Below are positions 13,301 to 25,640 of a DNA stretch of 64,000 nucleotides, one piece after another. Position 1 is the first letter of the stretch, and each line of letters starts with the position of its first letter. Source of the stretch: Lama glama (lineage: Eukaryota); assembly GCA_028534125.1 (NCBI GenBank), contig CM052818.1:12526001-12590000 (forward strand), given 5' to 3'. The notes under the pieces are model-generated. The model was not told the origin of the DNA and made no database searches. It saw nothing but the letters and a program-made list of their open reading frames with translations. The position numbers and the translations under genes are program-made.

Positions 13301-14059
13301 TTGTATCATACTGTCTATGGGCAAACCAATTAGTATATGTTATTTGAAAGGCAGAAAGCTCTGAAATCACATATTGTCTCTAAGGGTTTTTTTTTTCCTT
13401 CCATATCTGTGCTTAATAATAAGTCAGTGAAAGAAAAGAGGAAGACAAATGTGACCTGATATTTTCTTTTGCTTTAGCCTGTGTGAGTGGTGTTTCCTTT
13501 GGGGATTTCTCTCTATTATCTCCGCAACATATTCATATGGAATTAATGGTGGTAGGTTGGGAAATTCTTTTAGAGGAATGCCTCTCTTGGCTTTGAGGTA
13601 TAGAAAGAGAATAGCTGTGCATGAAGACACTTGAAAGTGAACAGTGCATTATATGAGACTTGAAATACATCAAACCTAACGTGCCTTACTTCTGAACCTG
13701 TTCATGAAAGGACCTGAGAAGGCTGATTGAGTCTTGTATATGATCAAAATTGAATCTGAAGAAAAGCTGTCTAAAATTCTCATTGACCGTTTCTAAAGTT
13801 AGAAAAGGTGAAAAATGTGATTGTACAGAGAGTCTCATCCTGAAATCCTAGAAAATGACAATTTTTAGGAGGTTTAGGGAGAGGGCCAGGGAGAAAGATG
13901 GGTATTGGGAACAAAGAAAATCAAAGTAAAACTTCTTAGAGATTAAAAAAATACTAATTTTAGATATGAGAATAAATTAAATCTTTACTCAGAGACTCAG
14001 CATTAATAAAGCTGATTAGTCAAATTAAAAACTTTTAGTTTTCCAAATCACAATCCCAT

Positions 14060-14210
14060 AGATGTGGGATAAATCCTAGCTCACGGCTCTGGGCAACTTC
14101 TTAATCACTCTAAGCATCAGTTTCTTTATACAATGAGTTTATGAATTTATTAGAAATGATGTTTTGAAAATTAGGGGAAAGATATGTAAAGGAGCTAATA
14201 CCTTGCTCTG
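14060..14210 (+). mobile_element. MIR fragment
   Basis: AAATCCTAGCTC..CTGGGCAACTTCTTAATCACTCTAAGCATCAGTTTCTTTAT. Confidence 0.6.
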
Positions 14211-15229
14211 GCAAATCAGTTATTTTTAAGTGAAAATATTTTACCAATTTCTTACTGATGAAACTAGATTACCTAAATAGAATATATATATATTTTTTTC
14301 ACACACCTTAAGTATAACATCTGTGATACAAAAAAAGATTTTTTTCTGCAAAAGCTGCGAAATAGATAACATAATATGTACCTTTATCAACTCTCATTCT
14401 ACACCACTACTTTTCTTTTTTACTCTTTTATAAGCATCACAAACCTAGCACAGAGTTTAGGTAATGACTGCCTAGCTCCTACCCTAACATCACCCACTTA
14501 TCAACCTGCTGGCCTTGGGCAACTGTAGTAATAAGGGGACCTCAGACCCTGACTAGTGCTAAGGCCCAAATCCATTCTCATTGGCTAGTATCTGTGCAAT
14601 GATTATTCAACATGATTAATAACAGCTCTAGAATCCAGCACTCTCATTCATTGTGTATAAATGTATGGGGCGTTTGTGTAAATCTGTGCAAGATTTACGC
14701 AAACCTCCAGGGATAGAACTTGGATGAAGATGGAAGTAGGAGGAACTTCTTTTCTCTGTATGAGATTTACTTAAGTTTGAAATTCGTCCCATGAATATGT
14801 ATTGCTTCATCAAAACAGGGATATTTTCTTAAATTGAGAAGGCTTATTATAAACATAGAACTTATATATAGATTTTGAGAATCTATAATTAGTAGAAATA
14901 AATATTTCTATGATCCCCCTTAGAGAAGTAGTATAAAGAAATAAATGGCCTCCTATTTACAGTGTTTGTTTCTTACTGATGTTTGAGCCAAAAGTCTCCC
15001 ATCAATTTAATATAAATCAGTATTTGAAAGCATTTTATAAAATCTTAATTGTTTCATTTTTAATTATCCTTAATAATTCTGAAATTAAATTACTTTTATC
15101 ATTCCATCTTATAGATAGATATATTTTAGGTATATTGGACTACATAGGTAATTCATAGATACTAATTAATTTGTTCAAAATCATACAGTAAATAAAAGGG
15201 ATGGGATTCAGATTTTTAAAACTTTTAAA

Positions 15230-16172
15230 ATTTTATTATTTTAACAGCCTTTTTAAAAAAAAAACAGTTTTATGTTCACAGCAAAATCAAGCAGAAGGTA
15301 TGGATATTTCCCATATACCACACATATATAGCTTCCCCCATTAACAACACTGCTCACCAAAATGGTGTATTTGTTATAATTAGTGAAGCTACATTGATAC
15401 ATCATAGTTACCCAAGTCCATAGTTTACATTAGGATTCACTCTTTGTGTTGTACATTCTATGGGTTTTGACAAATGCATAATGACATGTATACATCATTA
15501 TGATATCATACAGAATATTTTCACTACCCTAAAAATACTCTGTACTTTGCCTAGTCATGTCTTCCTTCCTCCTAAGCCCTGGAAACCACTGAAATATCTC
15601 CATAGTTTTGTCTCTTTCTTCCTGAATATCACATAGTTGGAATCATACATTATGTAACTTTTTCTGATTGACTTCTTTCACTTAGTAATATGCATGTAAG
15701 TTTCCTCCATGTCTTTTAATGCCTTGATAGCTCATTCCTTTTTAGTGCTAAATAATTTTCCATTGTCTGGATGTACCACAGTTTATCCATTCACCTACTG
15801 ATAGACATCTTGATCACTTCCACGTTTTGGCAATTATGAATAAAGCTGCAGTAAACATTCATGTGCAGGTTTTTTGTGTGGATATGTTTTTAATTCTTTT
15901 GGGTAAATACCAAGGAGTGCATTTGTTGGATTGGATGATAAGAGTATATGTTTAGTTTTGTAAGAAGCCACCAAACTGTCATCCAAAGTGAATGTACCAT
16001 TTTGCATGCTCACCAGAAATGAATGAAAATTCCTGATGCTCCGTACTTCATCAGCGTCTGGTGTTGTCAGTGGTCTGGATTTTAGCTTTTCTGATAGGTG
16101 TACAGTGGTATCTCCTTGTTGCTTTAAATTGCATTTCCCTAATGCATCTTTTCATATGTTTATTTGCTATCT
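15230..16172 (-). mobile_element. L1MC1/2-like 3' region
   Basis: CAGTTTTATGTTCACAGCAAAAT..TACATTGATACATCAT..TTGTACATTCTATGGGTTTTGACAAATG; ORF2 end TTGCATTTCCCTAATG. Confidence 0.9.
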
Positions 16173-16486
16173 GTAACTTTTAAATATTTTGACCACAAAT
16201 CCGTGCACATTTTTAAAAAAACATATGCCAACAGATGTGGAGAATCAACCCCGTAAGTTAGAAGTGAGTGGCTGGCTGACATCAGTGGGCTGAGAGGCTA
16301 TGTGCAGAGCAGGCTGAAAAATGGATGCCAGACGACTTAGATCTCAGCTAAAGGATAGTGTTTCAGTTACTGAACTTATAGCCATTGGACCTTTTGAGAA
16401 TCATGATCTTTAGAAAGGTTTTTCTTATGTGAAAAACTAACTTTTTCCTAGGCATCATCTTGAATTATTAGAAAAAAGTTTCAGCT

Positions 16487-16850
16487 TGTTATATACTGAA
16501 TTGTATCCCCCAAATTCGTATACTGAATTTCTAGCTCCCAGGGTGACTACATTTGGAGACAGGGCCTTTAAGGAGGTAATTCGGATTAAATGAGTCATAA
16601 GGGCCCTGATCCAGTGACTTAAATCCTTATAAGAAGAGGAAGAGACACCAGACATGTGCAAGCACAAAGGCCGTGTGAGGACACAGAACGCAGCTGTCTG
16701 TGAGCCAAGGACAGAGGCCTTAGGAGAAACCAGTCCTGCCAGCATCTTGATTTCAAACTTCTAACCTTCAGAATTTGGGAAAATAAATGTCTGTTGTTTA
16801 GACCACCCAGTTGGTAGTATTTTTTATGGCAGCCCCAGCTGACTAATATA
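16487..16850 (+). mobile_element. MaLR LTR MLT1A-like, near full length
   Basis: TGTTAT..GAATTGTATCCCCCAAATTC..TTTGGAGACAGGGCCTTTAAGGAGGTAATT..AATAAATGTCTGTTGTTTA..ATGGCAGCCCCAGCTGACTAATA. Confidence 0.92.
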
Positions 16851-17827
16851 CCAAAATAAAATGCTTAACCTAAATAAAATGAATTTATCCACATTAAGAA
16901 ACATTCAGTCTATTTGCACTACAAAAATTACAGATGGAATTCAAAGTGATGCAGCATGCTCAGTATCTTCCATTTTTTTCCTAGCTCAATTCTTCCACTG
17001 GATTTTGAGCGGTAATGATGAAACTACTGGTTTTTAAGATACTCTTAATGATCCATCATACTGAAGTAATAAAAGAACCCCACTTGATGGTGGAATATAA
17101 ATTTGGCTTACTGTGATATAGTTGGGCTATTAAAAATAGTTAAGGAACTGCATCTTGTTTATAGTTGTCCTTTTATGATAATCTGATGTGTACAACATGA
17201 AAAGTACTGACACGTGAGAAGTTTTGCCAAAAATGTAAATTCTGCGGCTGTGAAAACAGCTCTACCAACAAAATATATACTAAAATCATGAAACCTCAAA
17301 TATGACATTTTGTCTAATTTTAAATTCAAAACACTTAGCAAATGACCTGATAACTAAAGGAACACAATTGAGTTTTCTTATCTCAGAAACTTTACATATA
17401 TATTTTATATTATGTTGCTTTGGTTTTATATTTATTTTAAATTATTTATTGTAGAAAAATTTAACCATATATAGAAATGTAAAGAAGAACATAGTCAAGT
17501 TCTTCACCATTACCCATCATCAACAGTAATCAATACCTGGCCCATCATGTGCTCATTTATACACCTACCTACTTCCTCTTATCATTTCTGAGCAAATATA
17601 GGCTGTATTATTTCTTCTGTAAATATTTCAGTATGTTTCTCTGAAAATTAATAGCTTCTTTTAAAGATACCCATGATATCATTATTATTCTAAAAATTCA
17701 ACAATAAATTCTTAATATCAGAAAAGATTTGATCATTGTTTAAGTTTTTCCAGTTTCTCACAAATACCACAATTATTTTTACAATTTCTTTTTTTAAAAT
17801 CAGGAACCAACTAAGTTCTAAAGGTTT

Positions 17828-18311
17828 TATAGCAGAGCAGGTGACTCCTTGGCTTCTGCACAATGGATAGACCAAATATCAAGGCAACGATCTTTTGCAG
17901 AGAGAAAAGGCTTTATTTCAGGGCACCCAAGCAGGGAGGCCAGTGACCAGATCTGCCTCTTGGGTAAGATTTGAATGGGGGGATTTATCATGGAAGCAGG
18001 GAGCAAGCGGGGAGGGGGCCCAGAGATGATTGGTGGAAAGCAAATTGCAAGTTTCAGGAACTCTCTGTGTAGGTGTGACTGTTCTCCATACCGCATCATG
18101 GGTTGCATGTGCAAATTCAGCAAGGTTCCTTATGCAACACGCGGTGGGTTTTTGTCCTGTCACGTCTAAAGTTCACTATGTCATTCTAGTTCCTCAGTGC
18201 TCCTGCGTGTGAGGCTTAGTCAGGGACTGTCAGCAAGTTGTCTCCTTATCTGGGGTTTCTCTGGTACTCTGCAGAACAAGCTGGGTGTTCTCGGTCTGTC
18301 ATCTTGTTTCA
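17828..18311 (-). mobile_element. ERV solo LTR (ERV1-like, probably lineage-specific)
   Basis: Minus strand starts TGAAACAAG; minus-strand AATAAA near 17912; GC-richer block that splits the L1. Confidence 0.65.
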
Positions 18312-18483
18312 CCTGATGGGCCTTGTTAGTTAGAGGGCACAATTTCCGTTTCTCTCCATCTTTCTCTTTTTCTGTATAATTTGAAGCTTATTTGTTGAAT
18401 CAGAAACAAGATCAGCCATATCCTGTAGTTCACTTTTTGCTGGTTGCATCCCTCATGTGTCCTTTAACATGCTCTTCTCTCTT

Positions 18484-18911
18484 TGTTGGAAGAGTTATTG
18501 AGAGGACGTGACCAGCAGTTACCTGCGAGCTGGCCCTGGGCAATCAGAGTCTCCTCACCCCTCCTCTGTCCTTGAAATGTAGGTTCCACCCACTGTTCCC
18601 ACAGCTGGAGCTGTTTTCAAAGACGCAGCTTTGAGAGAGAAATGTATTTCTGAGACCATCTGGACAGTGTACATGACTGAACCCTGTTAAACCCTCTAAA
18701 TAAACTTTTAAGATTCTAGTGGGTGAGTGTGAAGATCTACTCGTCTTGCAGCTGCCCAGGACAAACCTGGTAACTAAGCCCCTTTGCTTATTAAACCTAC
18801 CACCTACCCATCTGGAGTGCTCTGCCTCTTTCTCAGATCTCTTCCTTCCTTCCCTGTATAGGGGCCAGTTTCAGATTTCACCTGGTAAATTTCCAAATAT
18901 GCAAACCAACA
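18484..18911 (+). mobile_element. ERV solo LTR (ERVL-like)
   Basis: Inverted termini TGTTGG...CCAACA; flanks CTCTT/CTCTC (5-bp TSD, 1 mismatch); TAAATAAA and ATTAAA at the expected positions. Confidence 0.85.
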
Positions 18912-19889
18912 CTCTCATGTATGTTTATATAGATTAGAACTGGAGGCTTGAAGTAATTCAGATTTATCAATTTCTCTTTTTCTAACAATGCTATTTCATA
19001 GATAATAGTGTTGTGTTTATCTAAAATGAGGCACATAATATCTGTTTTTCTTGTTTTCTGATGTTAACAGTAATTGTTGATTAATACCTAGATTGATAAA
19101 TTAGAGTATATAAAATGATAATATAAGTTTATTTATCCTATTATTTTATTATCTGAAATTCTCTCTCTTTTGTCTGCTGTGTGATTATCAAAAACAAAAA
19201 ACAAAAACACAGTTATGGTAGAAAATGGTAGGATATATATTTAATTTTTTAAATTTACCTCACATCATAATGAGTCAATTTACCAGAATATTCAAACAAT
19301 GGGCACTTAGCGTTTAGCATCATGATGAACTGGTGTATTTAAATGTATTTTAGGTATTTAAATAACCTTTTTTGATGCTCAACTTTCCCCATCTTCACCC
19401 AGAGTGAGACTCCTCAATTACTACTGAGTCCTTTGGCATGACCCTAGCAGTGAGTTTGAGATCTCTTTTTTCGCTATCCAAGATAAAAGCTTCCATGCAG
19501 ACATTACACAGTCACTGGCACTTTAAAAGAACTTCGGTTTATTTTATAGGAAAATGATATGAGACCAAAGTATGGGCACTAAAAGTATTCTTTGCTACCA
19601 GGTTGTCATTGTTTTATGAACTTTCCAATAGATGTGAATAGGAAAAGTCCTTTAAAATTTTTGTTTGGTGATTACATTTCAATTTAATTGTGTTTTGTAA
19701 TTATTAAAGTATTATTCAATTAAAATCAAGTTTATAAGACTATGTATATTAAAGCATGCACTTTATATACTAAAATGCTTCAACCTAATTCCCCAATACC
19801 TTAGGTAACCAAATAGAAATAGTCTTTCCTTATTTTTTCTATTTTATATTCTCTCTTTCTCTCTCTTCCCTTCCCCTCTCTCCCCTGCT

Positions 19890-20165
19890 TCCTCTTGTTG
19901 AAGCAGGAGGGTCAGAAAACGTATTATAGCAGTATAGTTGAGAACTGATGGGCCACATGATAGCAGGTGATGAAAAACAGTGACATTTGGAATATATTTG
20001 GAAGGTAGAACCAGCAGCATTTGATGATGGATAGACTGTATGTGTAGAGTGAGGAAATGAAAGAAAACAGATAAACTGTAAAGTTTTTGGCATAAGCAAT
20101 AGGGTAAATGGAGATGCCATTTACTGAGACAGGAAAGACTGGAGGAGAAATACATTTGAAGGGGA
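19890..20165 (-). mobile_element. L2a fragment
   Basis: ATATATTTGGAAGGTAGAACCAGCAGCATTTGATGATGGAT..ATGGAGATGCCATTTACTGAGACAGGAAAGACTGGAGGAGAA. Confidence 0.85.
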
Positions 20166-20436
20166 AAACGTTCCCGTTCCATAAAAAAGAATATTCTGTA
20201 ATATACTCATCTTATTTATACATGTGGACACTTAAACCATGTATGAAAAATATTTCTTATCCTATTAGAACCACAGTTAACTTATCTTCTTGGTAATATC
20301 AAACAGTATCTCAAACTTGAATTTGTATTTTCAGGTTGAAAAAGAAAAAGAGCATTCTATGACATTCAAAAAAATGTCCTTGCACTTACAGCTAGGCTAT
20401 GTTATTCTATTAGATATAGAAAAATTTCACAGAGTT

Positions 20437-20899
20437 TTAATCTCAGACAAAGTTACTCTGAGGCCAAGATAAGTGAGACAAAGCAAGACCGCTTCATAAT
20501 TTTGTCCAAGCACAAACAGAAACAGTCACTGTGCAACTCAGAAAATACCAAATGCTTCCTTTCTTGACCAAAATGAATAACTGCTACTTTACCAATGACA
20601 ACCTTATCTTCTCTCTAATTTTTTCTTCCCATAGATAGAATTTATTGAGATAACTTATCATAGAATTGCCCCTGCTTTCTGACAGCATCCAACCTAAAGC
20701 ATATCCTGCTACTGTAGACCCTCCCCCAAATCACTAACCAAAGCCTAAATCCTGTAATAAGTATTTTTTAACAACTTCTTACTGAGACACCACTGTCCTC
20801 CATGTGTGTGTTCTTCCTCATTGATAATAAATGATAATAAACCCAACTTGCATAACTGCACATGCATTCCTGGACATTTTTGTCTAAAGCACATTGACA
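20437..20899 (+). mobile_element. ERV1 solo LTR (MER90/MER31-group-like)
   Basis: GATAAGTGAGACAAAGCAAGACC..CATAGAATTGCCCC..TGACAGCATCCAA..AATAAACCCAACTTG..CATTGACA terminus. Confidence 0.75.
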
Positions 20900-21057
20900 A
20901 TTGTTATTTGAAATGTTTTTTTTAATTACACTATGATGCAGTATTCAGATAAAATTATGATATTCTGGATTACTTATCATTTCTTGTATTCAGTTAAAGC
21001 AATGGGAATCACTGTGTGTCTTAGGTTAGGTAATAAACTTTCTAAGATAAACAATGA

Positions 21058-21350
21058 TTGGAGTCAGGATAGGCTGTGTTATGGTGAAGAAACAAAGAAA
21101 ATCCACAGTCTCAGTTGCTTAATAAAGTTTACCACTCTCATCTTACCTGTATTTTGTGAATCAGAAAGGGCTTCTACTCAGTAGTCATTTAGGGACCCAG
21201 GATGATGGAGACTCATTTTAGACATATGTAATCTACGGTCACCGAGGTCAAGAAGACAGGATGCTGTGAAATGTGCACTGACCCATGAGTCTTCTTCCCA
21301 GAAGTGACACTCCTTTCCTATCAAGATTACACAGCCAGTTGTACGTTTAG
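21058..21350 (-). mobile_element. Old MLT1 (J/K/L-like) LTR
   Basis: AGTCAGGATAGGCTGTGTTATG..AGTCTCAGTTGCTTAA..CATTTAGGGACCCAGG..CCAGAAGTGACAC. Confidence 0.7.
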
Positions 21351-21779
21351 TCTTTTTTTCTCTGAACAATTTTGTCAGACTCAAAAGACTAACTCAGAAA
21401 CAACTAAACCCATGGAGAGGTTTTGACTAACACTGGGTGATTAAGTGTGACATTTAAAGATTTCATCTACTTTTACTGTGATGCTGGCTGAATTTTATTA
21501 GACTTATTTGACTTTTATTTGCATTTTATTTGACTTACTACTCAAAAGCCTTTTTTTTTTTCCTACTAACTCTTTAAACTCTACATCTCTGGATTTTCTT
21601 CTATTCTCTTTCAATACTGTTTGAAAATTGACCATTTGCTTTCTGAATTTACATGTATCTGTTATTATATTGTCAAAGGACTCCTCTAATCACCAATTTA
21701 TAATATTAACATACTGTTTTCCAGTCTCTTCACCTAAAGCTGTAAGCTCATTGGTACATTGTCTACTGCTCAAATTACT

Positions 21780-21910
21780 ATAGGTGAGAGTTTTACCAAG
21801 TGTTTTATTGTTGCTTGTCACTGATCACCATCCTCCCATTCTCTAAAAACTGTTGTCTCACCAACTACCATTCCCTGCAGTAGCAACATCCCACATCTTG
21901 AACCAGTTTT
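21780..21910 (-). mobile_element. MLT1 internal sequence (5' part) abutting an LTR
   Basis: GTTTTACCAAGTGTTTT..GCAACATCCCACATCTTGAACCAGTTTT|TGTATTA resembles the MLT1-int/LTR junction. Confidence 0.55.
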
Positions 21911-22252
21911 TGTATTAATCAAGATAAATATGGCTATGCTTCTGAATGAACTGTCTCAGCATCTCAATGGCTTAAAACAACAAAGCTTATTTCTCACTCC
22001 TTATCTTTACCTATCAGCAAAGAGGCTCTGACTTTAGTGGCCATTTGAGTGCCCTAATAGTGGGGAAAAAATTAAGTTGGGAATATTATACTTCTGTCCA
22101 AAAAAATTACGTCTTATTTCCATTCATATTTTCTTGGCCAACCCATGTTACATTGCTTTACCTCATTTCAAGTCAGCGAAGAATTGTACTCCTGCTATGT
22201 GCCCAGGGGGAAGAATCAGAATAGTTGGTGTACAGCTCAAATGACTACCTCA
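21911..22252 (-). mobile_element. Old MLT1 (J/K/L-like) LTR
   Basis: TGTATTAATCAAGATA..ATCTCAATGGCTTAAAACAACAAAGCTTATTTCTCACTC..TTGGCCAA..ATGACTACCTCA. Confidence 0.75.
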
Positions 22253-22471
22253 GTGCTGAAACCAAATATTAATCAGATTCCAAACATCTATCAATCAAAA
22301 TCCCACTGGTTTCTAAGAAGACCAGGTTAACATCCAGAGATACATAAATTAAGGAGAGAAAGTTAAATGAGCAAATGAAAGAAAGCAACAAGATTAAGAG
22401 GGAAATTCAGAAACAGTTCCATTTTTTCCAGTATTCTTTGAAATTATATTGTCAATCCTGATATACTAATG

Positions 22472-22690
22472 CAGGCAGCATCAACTTTTTTTTTTATAAG
22501 AACTAGATAGTAAATATTTTAGGCTTTGTTGGCCATATGGCTTCTGTCTTCTCAACTCTGTATTAAAATGCCAACACAACCATAGAGAATATGTTAATGA
22601 ATAGGTGTTACTATGTTCCAATAAAACTTTATTTACAAAACCAGATGGTATGTCACATTTGGTTCACAGGCAATATTTTGCTGACCTTTA
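22472..22690 (+). mobile_element. hAT-Charlie MER58A-like
   Basis: CAGG..AGATAGTAAATATTTTAGGCTTTG..GTTCCAATAAAACTTTATTTACAAAA..TTTGCTGACC. Confidence 0.9.
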
Positions 22691-22766
22691 TAATAAGAAT
22701 CTGTATGCATGCACATATTTTGATAAATGTGGTGTCCAATAATGGCCAAATATAGAACAATAGAAT

Positions 22767-24233
22767 TTTTTTATCGAAGTATAGTTGATGTGCAATTTTA
22801 TATGTTGCAAATGTACAATATAGTGATTTAAAAATTTTAAGTTATACTCCATTTATAGTTATTATAAAATATTGGATATATTTCCCATATTGTACAGTAT
22901 GTCCTTGTAGCTTACTTTATACATAATAGTTTGTACCTCTTAATCCCCTGCCCCTCTGTTGCCCCTTTCCCATTCCCTCTCTCTACTGGTAACCACAGTT
23001 TGTTCTCTGTACCAGTGACTACACTTTTATTTTTTTTTAATATACACAGAAGCACAACATGTGTGCTTCTCTTTTTTATTTTAATGGAGGTACTGGAGAT
23101 TGAATTCCATGAATGCTAAGCATGCACTCTAGCACTGAGCTAACCCACCCTCAGCTTTTTTTTTTGTTATATTCACTAGTTTGTTGTATTTTTTAGATTC
23201 CACACATAAGTGATATCATACAGTATTTGTCTTTCTCTGTCTGACTTATTTCACTAAGCGTAATACTCTCCAAATCCATCCAAGTTGCTGCAAATGGCAA
23301 CATTTCATTCTTTTTACGGTTGAATAGTATTCCATCTATTCATCTGTTGATGGACACTTTAAGTTGCTTCCATAGCTTGATCATTGTAAATAATTCTGCT
23401 GTGAACATTGGGGTGCATGTATCTTTTTCATTTTTGTTTCTTTCAGATATACCTCGGCAGTGGAATTGCTCAGTCATATGGTAGTTCTATTCTTGGTTTT
23501 TTTCCACAGTGGCTGCACCAGTTTACATTTCTAACAGTGTAGGAGGGTTCTCTTTTCTCCATATTCTTACCAACATTTGTTACTTGTATCCTTTTTGATG
23601 GTAGCCTTTCTGACAGGTGTGAGGCGATATCTCATTGTGGTTTTGATTTGCATTTCCCTGATGATTAGCAATGCTAATGCTCTGGGAGCTAGTCTTCCTA
23701 GTGCAGGGCCCCTGGGCTGGGGAGCCTGACATGGGGCTCAGAACTCAATCCTGGGGGAGAACCTCTGCAATATAATTATTCTCCAGTTTGTAGGTCTCCT
23801 ACCCAGGGGGTGTGGGACTTGAATATATTGTGAGTCTGCCCCTCCTACCTATAAAACTCCTAGGGGAAAACATAGGCAGAACACTCTCTGTCATTAATTG
23901 TAGCAACATTTTTTTGGATTTGTCTCCTAAAGCAAAGGAAATAAAAGCAAAAATAAACAAATGGGACCTAATTAAACTTCAAAGCTTTTGCACAGCAAAA
24001 AAAACCCAAAAAACAAAAAAAAATCAATAAAATGAAAAGATAACCTACTGAATGAGAGAAAATGTTTATAAATGATATGACTGATAGGGGTTAATATCCA
24101 ATATTTATAAACAGCTAATATAACTCAACAACAACAAAAAAATGAACAACCTAATTAAAATATGGGCAGAACTGAATAGACATTTTTCCAAAGAGGAAAT
24201 GCAGATGGCCAATAGACACATGAAAACATGCTC
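22767..24233 (-). mobile_element. Artiodactyl-type L1, 5'-truncated, with an inverted arm and an embedded 5' UTR piece
   Basis: TSD AGAACAATAGAAT (22754-22766 / 24234-24246); minus-strand 3' arm 22767-23676; 5' UTR-like piece 23677-23849; plus-strand ORF2 arm 23850-24233. Confidence 0.85.
23026..23151 (-). mobile_element. tRNA-derived SINE, Vic-1-like, nested in L1
   Basis: Minus strand: TAGCTCAGTGCTAGAGTGCATGCTTAGCAT..TTCAATCTCCAGTACCTCCATTAAAAT. Confidence 0.8.
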
Positions 24234-25107
24234 AGAACAATAGAATCTTTATGCTCTAAATGTAAGCAAGGCTTACACTGAAACTTAAATTAGACTACTG
24301 AAGAAAAAAGGAATATGTAATTTTGTGGATAAAAATATACAATCTGGGGGTAGTTAAAATATGTATACATAATTTTTTTTTACTTCCTCTTGAAGATATT
24401 GTTAATCCAGTCATGAACCTTCAAATTTAATGAGTTATGAGATAAGGGATGTATGGTATTAATATGCTATACGAATAATATTCAGAGAAATATACATTGA
24501 GCATGTAATATAATAAGAGGAGACAAAAAGCCAGGCTCAAAGATCTCCTAAACAACATGTGAAAATAATTTTCTCTCCCCCATAAACCTTCCTGCAAATG
24601 ATAGACATCTAGGTGGAAAGTCTCTTTGCCAGCAGGTATCTTCCTTCATTGTGAAAATCCATAAAAAATTCTGATCTTGTACTAACGTAAAATATTCATT
24701 CTGTTCTGCTTTATAGAGACCAGATGTCTATGTGTCCATGGAAGAGAAATGTGATTGAAGCATTTAGACATATTTAAGAATCTAATTTAGCTGTCTGTGT
24801 TATCAGAATCAATTGCTATAACTGGATAAATTGGGCAGTGAAGAATATTTGTTATAAAGAATGCCAAAATGATCAAATTAGCCATGCATTGATTTTTTTA
24901 GAATCATGTCTAATTATGCAGTACTTCTCTCTGATAGGACTCTGATTTGGGAATAGCGTAAGTGATTAAGAGTGATAAGGAGTGAGTTCTGTTTAATGAT
25001 TCATTTGGGTCATTCTAGACTGAGAATAAAGACATGTGAGATGGCTTGGGAGATCAGAAGCCAGTATAGAAAACCATGGAATAATTGTGTCAGTAGAGTA
25101 TGAAAAT

Positions 25108-25640
25108 AGCTTATGACCTAGGAGTTCTCCCTAGAAAAATTCTTATGTTTATATGGAAGACACATAAAGGAGTATTTTAAGTAGTATTGTCCATTTTAAC
25201 AGAAGACCAGTAACTAAATGTCTATAAATAATCAAACATAAATAAATAATACATTTATATAAGAAAACAGTCTACTCCAGTAAAAATGGAAAAAAAAACC
25301 CCACAAGTATTGCATTGATAGGAATTATAAAAAATATAATGTTAACCTAAGGTTGCAACTTACACAATAATACTTACAATATGATTGCATTAATTTAAAT
25401 TTTGTAAGCTTCAAAATTAAACACAATATTGCTTCAAGATGCACAAATATGTGGAAAACTGTAAAGTAGCACAAAGACACTGAAGTTAGGATACAGCTTA
25501 ACATGGAGTGGATAGGTAAGGAGATAAATTGGGAAGAATAATACAAGGAACATCTAAATAATGTAATTTTTAAAGTCTTAACCTGTCTGAGTATGCGGGT
25601 GTTTTTTAAAATTATTATTTTTACAGCATTTAATTTTTTA
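25108..25640 (+). mobile_element. Old L1ME 3' fragment
   Basis: TATGACCTAG..CCCTAGAAAAATTCTT..GTAACTAAATGTCTAT..ATGTGGAAAACTGTAAAG; highly diverged. Confidence 0.55.

Larger units (their letters stand above)
17435..19680 (-). mobile_element. Old L1MC/ME 3' region interrupted by two solo LTRs
   Basis: TATTATTTCTTCTGTAAATATTTCAGTATG..AACAATAAATTCTTAATATCA; resumes at about 18345-18483 and 18912-19680 (CTGAGTCCTTTGGCATGACCCTAG). Confidence 0.7.
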
